A DNA stretch of 64,000 nt from Thermoanaerobaculia bacterium (GTDB lineage: Bacteria > Acidobacteriota > Thermoanaerobaculia > Gp7-AA8): assembly GCA_963719365.1 (NCBI GenBank), contig OY970380.1, positions 3,506,144 to 3,570,143 of the forward strand, written 5' to 3'. This document shows, in pieces, positions 55,866 to 64,000 of the stretch. A model generated the notes under the pieces. The model was not told where the DNA came from. It did no database searches and was given only the letters and a program-made list of their open reading frames with translations. The translations under genes and the position numbers were made by a program. Within the stretch, counting starts at the first letter, position 1, and the number at the start of each line of letters is the position of its first letter.

Positions 55866-56492
55866 ATGAGACAAATACCTCTGATTCTCTCGCTGCTCTT
55901 CGTCGCTACATCCGCGGTGAGTGCGGAGAAACACTGGGTTCACGAGGATCCCGCGAAGCTGTGTGCCTCGGTGAAAGACAAAGACCTTTGTGCCGATCTG
56001 CTTGCGATTCGGGACCGCGACCAGTTCGCCCGATACGACGCTCTGAATCACCCCGACGACAAGAATCTGGACGAAGTGATTCGGAAGGTCGACCGGGAGA
56101 ATCTCGAACAAGTCGACGCGATCATTCAGAAACATGGCTGGCCCGGAACGTCTCTGGTCGGTGAGAAGGGGAGTGGCAGCGCATGGACCGTGATTCAGCA
56201 CGCCGATCTGGTCACACAGAAAAGGTATCTGCCGGTGATGGTGAAGGCGGCCGACGCGGGCGAGCTCTCGTGGGCGCTCCTGGCAACGACGATCGATCGA
56301 ATTCAGGTGCGGGAGGGCAAGCCCCAAACCTACGGAACGCAGTTCCATCAGGTGAACGGCGAGCTGGTACCCGAACGGATCGAAGATGAAGCGCACGTCG
56401 ACGAACGCCGCAAGAAGGCCGGCTTGCAGCCGCTCGCTGAGTACGCTGCGCTGATGAAGGAGATGTACGCGCGGCCCTCAAAACCGAAGTAG
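55866..56492 (+). CDS. secreted hypothetical protein
   Basis: Signal peptide (MRQIPLILSLLFVATSAVSA). Two Cys (CASVKDKDLCADL). No recognisable catalytic motif. Confidence 0.45.
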   Translation: MRQIPLILSLLFVATSAVSAEKHWVHEDPAKLCASVKDKDLCADLLAIRDRDQFARYDALNHPDDKNLDEVIRKVDRENLEQVDAIIQKHGWPGTSLVGEKGSGSAWTVIQHADLVTQKRYLPVMVKAADAGELSWALLATTIDRIQVREGKPQTYGTQFHQVNGELVPERIEDEAHVDERRKKAGLQPLAEYAALMKEMYARPSKPK

Positions 56493-56526
56493 TGTCGAGC
56501 GCAGTCAACGATTTACAACCCGGCAC

Positions 56527-57315
56527 TTGACAATCCCCCGATCGGACTTCAATGTTTCCCTCTGGCTTTCCGCGCACCGATGCGGCGGCCAGAGGAGCCA
56601 ACCCATCATCACCGTCGACCAGCTTCCTGACAGCCGCCGCGCCATCCTGCTCGCTCTCAAACGGCAGGGCCCTTCCACGATCGCGCAGCTTGCCCATCCG
56701 CTGCAATTGACGGGCGAGGCGGTGCGCCAGCAGTTGCTGCAGCTCCAGCGCGAAGGATGGATCGAGTCACGCGTCGCGCGCGGGGACGAGCGCGGACGCA
56801 CGGGACGTCCGGCCACGCGCTACAACCTCACCGAGGCTGGTGATCATCTCTTTCCGAAGAGCTATGACCTGCTCAACGTCGCCGTGATCGACGCCGTGGC
56901 GCAGGAGTTGGGACCCGACGCGGCGGTGCGCGTGCTCAAACGCGTCTGCGATGACCGCGTGGCCATCGAAGAGAAAACACTCCAGGGGATGCCGCTGGAG
57001 TCGCGCGTCGAAGCGCTCAAAGGACTGTACGCCCCCGCCGATCCGTACATGACCAGTGAGCGCGTCGACGACGGCTTCCTCCTCATCGAGCGCAACTGCC
57101 CCTTCTTCAACACCGCTATGCGCCGCCCCACCCTCTGCAGCGTCTCCGTCAACGCCCTCACCCGCCTCCTCGGCGTCCGCGTCGAGCGTGACGAAACATT
57201 CCAATCCGGCGCCGGCCGCTGCGTCTTCCACATCTACGCGAACGAGCCGATCGACGCGAAGGAATGGGATTTCACGCTGGAGGACGAGCTGCCGAAGCAT
57301 GGAGTTCGGACGTAG
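56527..57315 (+). CDS. winged-helix transcriptional regulator (ArsR-like N-terminus with a C-terminal domain, COG2345-like)
   Basis: HTH region RRAILLALKRQGPSTIAQLAHPLQLTGEAVRQQLLQLQREGWIE, then RGRTGRPATRYNLT wing. TTG start is uncertain. Confidence 0.5.
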   Translation: MTIPRSDFNVSLWLSAHRCGGQRSQPIITVDQLPDSRRAILLALKRQGPSTIAQLAHPLQLTGEAVRQQLLQLQREGWIESRVARGDERGRTGRPATRYNLTEAGDHLFPKSYDLLNVAVIDAVAQELGPDAAVRVLKRVCDDRVAIEEKTLQGMPLESRVEALKGLYAPADPYMTSERVDDGFLLIERNCPFFNTAMRRPTLCSVSVNALTRLLGVRVERDETFQSGAGRCVFHIYANEPIDAKEWDFTLEDELPKHGVRT

Positions 57316-57319
57316 GTCC

Positions 57320-58771
57320 TTAGTCCTCGCTATTTGTCCATCGCAGGCCTTGATCGTACCAGCGCCAAATTTTATCGTCAGGCCATGCGAGTAGTCTTAG
57401 AACGATGCGTTCTGTAAGCACACGCAATCGCACAAGGTCGCTGTTAATTTCGTCGGGAGCGTCGCAAGTGGCGGCATGAAACAAGGCGTTCCGGGCAGCT
57501 GTGGCGCGCGTGAATCCGGAATCGAAGCCCACTGAGGCCGGCCACAAGTCGGCGGTCTTTACCGCAAACTTCTCACAGAGCGCGAGCACTCTTCGCCGTA
57601 TAGAAATACGACGCACTTCGGGCAGCTTCTCTGCTAGAAGTTTGCGCGTCTCTTCACGTTCGGTTGCGTCAACAACTTCGGTTTCCAAGTAGTCCGCGAT
57701 TGCCTGAGTGAGCTGCTTCTTCAGGCGGCCCCACCTCGCCTCGCCAAGGGCGTGAGAATTCTTGCCTTCCCCAGCGCTCACGACACATTCAAGCGCGGAG
57801 AATGCAAGGAAGTACGATCCCTCCAGAGAATCACTGGAGTACGCGCTCGCCAAGAAGCCGATCCCTCGCGATAACTCCTCTTTGCACTCCGTTTTGCTGT
57901 ATGCGCTAAAGAGCTTATGGAGACCGCCGTCTATCAGGTCGCGGAAATTGATTAGGTCGTCCGGCCCACTCCGTTTGGGGGCGCCAAGTATCTTGCGACG
58001 TACGATCGATTGAACCGCTGGCGCATCCTCAGGTGCGTATACATAACTGATCTCATAGAAAGTAACCCTTACGCGGTAGCAGAGGCTGAGAATAGTGCAA
58101 ATGTCAAACACCGTCTGTTGCACTGTTGCGTTCAGCGTCGCGAGCGTTTCACCGGCATGAGCCAGGACATTGCCGAAAATGACGGCTCGCTGCACCAATT
58201 TAGTTACCTTGTTACCAAACTCTTCCTCGCTACCACTGTCGTAAAAATCCCGAACACTCCACGTGCCATGCGCAGTCTCGAGGGTGATCTCGCCTTCCTC
58301 GACATGCTCTCGCTCAATCTCGCCGTTTCCTTTGAACGAAATAACCGCTGGCTGCTGAACAATCCCACTCGGAGTGAGCTGGACGCCCATCCCGTATGTC
58401 CTATCCGTATCAAGGACCTCATCAGTTATTCCGATTTGCACGGCTTCTGCCTCGGGTATTACCACGCGTATTTCACCGCTACCGCCCTCAGAGGCGATCC
58501 CTCGAATTCCCATCAGCTCGACATTTTGGGTTTCTGGTGCCTTCGCGTAGAGTGACAAGTAGTCCCACTCGGGATGGCTAAGTTGCGAATAAACCAGAAT
58601 TCGGTGGTCGCGGTCATCACCGAGTACGTTCAGTCGTATGCTAAGCGATGAAACGTCGTGCTTACGAAATCTGATATCCGCAAAAACCTCGGCAGGAACG
58701 TCGGGCGCTGTAACGGCGGCCGACAATTCATAGATTACTTCGCCAGTTACCGAATCATGACGCATAGTCAC
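57320..58771 (-). CDS. 483-aa protein with a beta-rich N-terminal domain and a C-terminal HEPN-type domain (R-x4-H motif ARNALFH); ApeA-like defence candidate
   Basis: Visibly lower GC than the flanks. C-terminal helical region ends with ...GFTRATAARNALFHAATCD, which matches the HEPN Rx4-6H RNase motif. Convergent with the regulator gene, 4-nt gap. Confidence 0.55.
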   Translation of the reverse strand: MTMRHDSVTGEVIYELSAAVTAPDVPAEVFADIRFRKHDVSSLSIRLNVLGDDRDHRILVYSQLSHPEWDYLSLYAKAPETQNVELMGIRGIASEGGSGEIRVVIPEAEAVQIGITDEVLDTDRTYGMGVQLTPSGIVQQPAVISFKGNGEIEREHVEEGEITLETAHGTWSVRDFYDSGSEEEFGNKVTKLVQRAVIFGNVLAHAGETLATLNATVQQTVFDICTILSLCYRVRVTFYEISYVYAPEDAPAVQSIVRRKILGAPKRSGPDDLINFRDLIDGGLHKLFSAYSKTECKEELSRGIGFLASAYSSDSLEGSYFLAFSALECVVSAGEGKNSHALGEARWGRLKKQLTQAIADYLETEVVDATEREETRKLLAEKLPEVRRISIRRRVLALCEKFAVKTADLWPASVGFDSGFTRATAARNALFHAATCDAPDEINSDLVRLRVLTERIVLRLLAWPDDKIWRWYDQGLRWTNSED

Positions 58772-58849
58772 ACACTACACGAATTAGCAAGCGCAGTGGT
58801 CTAGCTGGGTGGGCGGAATGCGGAGGTGGCGCCCCAGCGAAACGCCGAT

Positions 58850-60214
58850 CTAACCCACCCAAACCGTCTTCACATTCACAAACTCACGAATGCCATAAAC
58901 GCCCAACTCGCGGCCGAAGCCGGAGTGTTTGGTGCCGCCGAAGGGGACTCGAGGGTCGGAGGCGACCATTGCGTTGATGAAGACCTGGCCGGTGTCGATT
59001 GCGGTGATGAAGCCGTTCATTTCGGAGCGGTCGTTGGTCCAGACCGAGGCGCCGAGGCCGAAGGGGGTGTCGTTGGCGATGCGGATGGCGTCGTCAACAT
59101 CCTTGGCGCGGAAGAGCGAGGCGACGGGGCCGAACGTTTCTTCGCGGGCCGCGGGGGCATCGTCTGGGATTCTCGCGAGGACCGTGGGCGCATAAAAGTT
59201 GCCGCGGGCGCCGAGGCGGTGGCCGCCGGTGAGGAGGTGGGCGCCGGCGGCGATTGATTGATTCACTTGCGACTCGATGTCGTCGACGATCTGCGGTGTG
59301 GCCAGCGGACCGACGTCGGTTGACTCGTCGAGCGGATCGCCGACATTCAATGCTTCCATCGCGGCGACAAAGCGCTTCTCGAATTCATCGGCGATCGATT
59401 CGTGGATGATGAAGCGTTTCGCGGCGATGCAGGACTGGCCGTTGTTGATGACGCGCGCTTTCACGGCGGTGGACACCGCGTCTTCGAGATTCGCGGACGG
59501 CATCACGATGAACGGATCGCTGCCGCCGAGCTCGAGGACGGCTTTTTTGATGTGCTTCGCGGCGATCGAGGCGACGCTTGCTCCGGCCGGCTCGCTGCCT
59601 GTCAGCGTCACTGCCCGAACGCGCTCGTCGGCGATGATCGACTCGACCTGTTCCGAGCCGATCAGCAGCGTTTGAAACTCGTGATCGGTGAATCCGGCAT
59701 CGCGAAACGTCTCCTCGATCGCGAGCGCGCACTGCGGCACATTCGACGCGTGTTTGAGCAGCGCCACGTTGCCGGCCATCAGCGCCGGAGCGGCGAAGCG
59801 GAAGACCTGCCAGAAGGGAAAGTTCCACGGCATCACCGCCAGGACGGGACCGAGCGACTCGTAGCGGATGAACGACTCCTTCGCATCCGTCTCAACCTTC
59901 TCATCGGCGAGAAATCCCTCGGCGTGGTCCGCATAAAAGCGGCACGTTGTCGCGCACTTCACCGCCTCGGCCACCGCGGCTTTGAGCGGCTTGCCCATCT
60001 CCGTCGTCATGAGGCGCCCGAGGTCGTTCTTGCGCTCTTCGAGCAACGCGGCGGTGCGGCGCATGCGCGTCGCGCGCTCGGCAAAACTTCGCTCGCGATT
60101 GACACGAAATGCGCTCGATGCCCGAGCGAGCGACGCCTCGATCGCGGCATCATCGAGCGCTTCGAAGGTGCGGATCGTTTCCCCAGTTGCCGGATTGATC
60201 GATGCGATGGCCAT
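58850..60214 (-). CDS. NAD(P)-dependent aldehyde dehydrogenase (succinate-semialdehyde dehydrogenase-like)
   Basis: ALDH motifs: catalytic Cys region ([12 protein letters not shown]), Glu region (LELGGSDP), GxGxxG-like FTGSEPAG. Product is 454 aa. Confidence 0.85.
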   Translation of the reverse strand: MAIASINPATGETIRTFEALDDAAIEASLARASSAFRVNRERSFAERATRMRRTAALLEERKNDLGRLMTTEMGKPLKAAVAEAVKCATTCRFYADHAEGFLADEKVETDAKESFIRYESLGPVLAVMPWNFPFWQVFRFAAPALMAGNVALLKHASNVPQCALAIEETFRDAGFTDHEFQTLLIGSEQVESIIADERVRAVTLTGSEPAGASVASIAAKHIKKAVLELGGSDPFIVMPSANLEDAVSTAVKARVINNGQSCIAAKRFIIHESIADEFEKRFVAAMEALNVGDPLDESTDVGPLATPQIVDDIESQVNQSIAAGAHLLTGGHRLGARGNFYAPTVLARIPDDAPAAREETFGPVASLFRAKDVDDAIRIANDTPFGLGASVWTNDRSEMNGFITAIDTGQVFINAMVASDPRVPFGGTKHSGFGRELGVYGIREFVNVKTVWVG

Positions 60215-60293
60215 CAGTCAAAAAACCTCTGCTATTCTGCCGCGTAATCCAACTTCGAGTCGTTCAAATTCAAACTTCATACAAGGAGTCTTC

Positions 60294-63292
60294 ATGCGTC
60301 AGACGAAGCATATTCGCTTCCTGTTTGCGATAGCTCTGCTCGCCGCGATCGTGCCGTTTTCGGCCTTCGCGCAGAGCAGCAATGGTTCCATCTCCGGCAA
60401 CGTCAGCGATGCCAGCGGCGGGGCGCTTCCGGGCGTCACGATCACCGCGCTCAACAGCGGCACGGGCCTTACGCGCACTTCGGTTTCGAACAACACCGGC
60501 CACTACGAGATCCAACTGCTGCCGCCCGGAACCTACTCGGTCTCCAGTGAGCTTTCGGGATTTGCGCCGGTGAAGTACGGCAAGATCGTCGTCAACGTCG
60601 GCACCGATTCGGCCGTGAACTTCAGCATGAAGCAAGGCGTGTCGGAGAGCGTGACCGTCACGGCATCGGCGCCGCTGGTCGACACCACGCGTTCCGAGGT
60701 GAGCTCGGTGGTGAATGAGAAAGCGATTGAGAATCTGCCGACGAACGGCCGGAACTTCATCGACTTCGTTCTCACCACGCCCGGCGTCGTCCGCGACGTC
60801 CGTCTCGGCGACATCAGCTTCGCCGGCCAGCGCGGCACGCTCAATTCGCTCGTCATCGACGGCGCGAACAACGACAATACGTTCTTCGGCCAGGCCCTCG
60901 GGCGCACCGGTTCCGGCCGCGCGCCGTACCAGTTCTCGCAGGACGCGGTGAAAGAGTTCCAGGTCAACACGAATGCGTACTCGGCGGAGTACGGCCGCGC
61001 CGGCGGCGCCGTCATCAACGTCGTGACGAAGTCGGGCACGAACGAATTCAGCGGCACGGCGTTCGACTTCCTGCGCGACCGCCGCTACAACGCCAACGAT
61101 TACATCAACACGATTCAGACGCCGCCGCGCGTGAAGGGTCCGTATCATTTCGATCAGTACGGCTTCAGCCTCGGCGGCCCGATCGTGAAGGAGAAGCACT
61201 TCTTCTTCGCCAACTACGACGCCCAGCGCAACTCGATCGACAATCCGATCCTCCTCGGCGTCTCCGCATCCGCGGTTCCTGCTGACGCCGCGTCGCAGGC
61301 GGCTACGCGAAGATCGTCGCCCTCGCGGACACGTACCAGAAGACGCAGAACCAGGATGTCTTCCTTCTCAAGACCGACAGCGAACTGCTGACCAACGATC
61401 ACCTGTCGCTGCGCTACAACCGGCAGAAATTCACTGGCGGCAATTTCGAAAACGGCAACTCGTCGAACGCGCTGCAACATACGGGCGACTCGCTCGTGAA
61501 GACCGACACATTCTCGTTCGTCAACTCGACCGTCATCACCAACTCGCTCTTCAACGAACTGCGCGGCCAGTATGCGAAAGACAGCGAGCCGGGTCTGGCC
61601 AACAGCGCGCTCCCGGAAGCGCAGGTCAATCAGGGTTCCGTGCGCGTGCTGAACATCGGCAGCAACACTTTCAGCCCGCGCGAGACGACCATCACGCGCC
61701 ATCAGATCGCCAACACGCTGACGAACGTCTTTGGTAGCCACACCGTCAAGGGCGGCTTCGACGTCAATCAGGACAAGATCCTCAACTACTTCCCGGGCAA
61801 TTTCTTCGGCTCGTACAGCTTCAGCAGCCTCGCGAATTTCCAGAATGGAATCGCCGCGAGCTACCTGCAGGCGTTTGCCGGTCCCGGCACCACGGGTCCG
61901 GTCACGCATCCGGACATGACCGAGTACGCGGCCTTCGTGCAGGATCAGTGGCAGGTCAACCCGACGCTGACGGTCAACGCCGGACTGCGTTACGACTTCC
62001 AGAAGATCGCGCAGCCAACTGTGAAGAATCCCGACGCGCAGCTTCTCGCCGCGGGACTCGACACCAGCAACGTTCCCGAAGATCACAACAACTACAGTCC
62101 GCGCGTTGGTTTCGCATGGACGCCGAACGCGGCCAACCGCACGGTCGTTCGCGGCGGCTACGGCATCTTCTACGGCCGCACGCCGGCGATCATGATCGGC
62201 ACCGCGCATTCGAACAACGGCATCAACGTGCAGACGCTCAGCTTCACCGGCGCGCTGATTCCGACCTATCCGAACATCCACAGCTCGATTCCAACCGGCG
62301 TCACGCTTCCGAAGCCGACGATCTTCGTCTTCGCTCCGAATTTCCAGAATCCGAAAGTGCAGCAGGGCAGCCTCGGCATCGAGCGCGGTCTCACGAACGA
62401 CATCGCCGTTTCGGTGACCTATCAGTATGTGAAGGGCTCGGATCTTCCGCGCTCGATCGACATCAATGTTTCGAATCCGACCACGGTCACTGCTCCGATC
62501 GTCAGCGCTGCCACGGGCGCATCGCTCGGCACCGCGTCGTTCACGCGCTACACAGGCCGCCCGTTCGCGAACTTCGCGCGCATCATCGAGTTCCAGTCGA
62601 GCGCGAATTCGCAATACAACGGCCTGACGTTCGACATTCAGAAGCGCTTCTCGAACAACTGGCAGATGCGCCTCGCCTACACCTATTCGAAAGTGAAAGA
62701 CGACCGGCCGGATGCGACCGCGGTCGTGCCGGGAACGGACGATCCGAAATACGCGCAGGATCCGCTCAACCTGCACGGCGATTGGGCGCCCGGCGACAAC
62801 GACGTGCCGCACCGCGTCGTGCTCAGCGGCGTGTGGAGTCTCGATTCGTACGCCGAGCACACGAGCGGATTCGCCCGCGGCATTTTCGGCGGATGGACGA
62901 TCAGCGGTATTGCGAGCTGGCAGTCGGGCCAGCCGTACACGGCGTTCACCAGCGTCGATCTCAACAACGATGGCAATGCGCGTAACGACCGCGCTCCCGG
63001 TTTCGCCCGCAATACGTTCCGTCTCCCGCATCAGTTCTCGGTCGATCCGCGCGTGACGAAGGAGATCGGCATCTTCGCCGGCGCGCGTCTCCAGCTCATC
63101 GCTGAGGCGTTCAATCTGTTCAACGAGAGCAACGTCACGGTCGTCCGCAACACGTACTACGCCGTTGCGACCACAGGTGGTATCCCGACGAAGTTCACGT
63201 TGCAGGACATCCCGACGTCGAACCCGTTCGGACTTCCGACCACATCGTTTGGTCCGCGCATCCTGCAGTTCGCGGCGAAGATCGTGTTCTAA
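60294..63292 (+). pseudogene. Oar-like TonB-dependent receptor (carboxypeptidase-regulatory-like N-domain plus beta-barrel) interrupted by a frameshift near 61286-61306
   Basis: AAGGAG RBS before the ATG at 60294. Signal peptide and CarbopepD-like/plug-like region continue in frame 0 to about 61290. The barrel continues in another frame, open from 61286 after a TGA at 61283-61285, through to the terminal ...FAAKIVF at 63292. The frame-0 tail after about 61290 is Arg/Ser/Thr-rich nonsense. Confidence 0.55.
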
Positions 63293-63315
63293 AGATTCAC
63301 TAGTGCAATTGCATC

Positions 63316-63349
63316 AGGCCGCCGGGTCGTTTTCTGGCGGCCTTTTTCC
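63316..63349 (+). terminator. rho-independent terminator (AGGCCGCC-loop-GGCGGCCT followed by TTTTT)
   Basis: GC stem of 8 bp followed immediately by a T5 run, 24 nt after the receptor gene stop. Confidence 0.55.
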
Positions 63350-63389
63350 GGCTGCTGGAAAGCTTGAAACCGGCGAGCCGGCTACCGAA

Positions 63390-64000
63390 TCAAAACGGCC
63401 AGAACTTTTTCCACCACGGCTGCTTCTCGACGGCGGTTTGCGCGACCGCGGGCGCACGGCCGATCTGCTGGCCGGCTTGCGTCACGATGATGACGCCGGC
63501 CTGCTGGCCGGCGCGGACCGGAGCCGTGAGATTGCTCGGAACGAACTTCACGCTGATCGTCCCTTCCTGGCCGCGTTGGACGAGCGATGACACATCGCCC
63601 GCGGCAACCGCAGCGACCGTCTTCGCCTGTCCCTCGGCAACCGGAGCTTGTCCGACTACGGTTCCTTTGTGCAGCGGCGTCAACTGGCGCCAGTGCACGA
63701 AGGTCTCGTTGAACAGGCGCGCGGCGATTCCGAATGAACTGTCCGGACCTGACGCCGCACGCGCGCCCATGACGACCGCGATCAGTTCCATGTCGCCGCG
63801 TTTCGCCGCGGCGGTGATGCAGTAGCCGGCAGGGCCGGAGTAGCCCGTTTTGATGCCGATGGCGTCGCCGTAATAGTCGCGGCTCTTTGGGTTGATCATG
63901 TGATTCGGATTCGTGAGCCCCGAGGTGTAGCTGGCGTTCGTGAAGGGCATCCAGGCCGTCTTCGCGTACTCGCGCATCAGCGGGTACTTCATCAACTCCA
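63390..64000 (-). CDS. D-alanyl-D-alanine carboxypeptidase (PBP5/DacC family), C-terminal part; the 5' end lies beyond the window
   Basis: KTG motif (GIKTGYSGPAGYC) and a PBP5-like C-terminal domain. The ORF runs off the window end. Confidence 0.7.
   Translation of the reverse strand, partial: ELMKYPLMREYAKTAWMPFTNASYTSGLTNPNHMINPKSRDYYGDAIGIKTGYSGPAGYCITAAAKRGDMELIAVVMGARAASGPDSSFGIAARLFNETFVHWRQLTPLHKGTVVGQAPVAEGQAKTVAAVAAGDVSSLVQRGQEGTISVKFVPSNLTAPVRAGQQAGVIIVTQAGQQIGRAPAVAQTAVEKQPWWKKFWPF

Noticed and set aside
55755-55868. 38-codon ORF (MALAGSADNFRHFHFRSDPSSQSNPWVQNYNRTSIAA) starting in the loop of the 30-bp inverted repeat
   Set aside because: No RBS, and it runs through the repeat arm. 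Most likely a chance ORF, so the structure is treated as a nucleic-acid element.
56526-56565. Perfect TTGACA hexamer at the annotated TTG start of the wHTH regulator gene
   Set aside because: No acceptable -10 element at 16-18 nt spacing (CAATGT). It is probably coincidental and also forms the putative start codon.
48790-58850. Hypothesis that everything downstream of tRNA-Asn up to the HEPN gene is a tRNA-integrated genomic island
   Set aside because: I found no direct repeat of the tRNA 3' half and no integrase or recombinase. Only the HEPN gene is visibly compositionally deviant. Kept as a weak possibility inside the findings, not called as a mobile element.

Overview
This is a high-GC bacterial chromosomal window spanning the replication-origin neighbourhood, mostly conserved housekeeping genes. 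On the minus strand it reads rpmH-rnpA-yidD-yidC-jag-mnmE-mnmG-rsmG-parA-parB. On the plus strand, diverging from rpmH, it reads dnaA-dnaN-recF-gyrB-gyrA. The window also carries an F1F0 ATP synthase b'-b-delta-alpha-gamma-beta-epsilon operon, topA, an ATP-dependent DNA ligase overlapping metX, mdh, RNase G, one tRNA-Asn(GTT), and a sensor-less histidine kinase / sigma-54 response regulator pair. I found no CRISPR array, rRNA, prophage or IS element. Accessory or atypical content: (i) a visibly lower-GC single gene (57320..58771) for a 483-aa protein whose C-terminus carries a HEPN-type R-x4-H motif (ApeA-like defence candidate); (ii) a small lower-GC two-gene module (7953..8606) with a tandem ribbon-helix-helix-like protein plus an 80-aa unknown protein; (iii) a perfect 30-bp inverted repeat (55725..55812); (iv) two families of GGTTGC/GCAACC- and CGCGTTGTCGG-based intergenic hairpin repeats; (v) a frameshifted Oar-like TonB-dependent receptor gene; (vi) an ECF-sigma / Ser-Thr kinase / membrane-protein operon beside a 1355-aa secreted transglutaminase-TPR protein; (vii) scattered purine-salvage genes (guanine deaminase, secreted adenosine deaminase-like, DNPH1-like). 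DnaA-box clusters lie upstream of dnaA and between dnaA and dnaN (oriC candidate). All calls rest on reading the sequence and translated ORFs by eye; no searches or computations were run.
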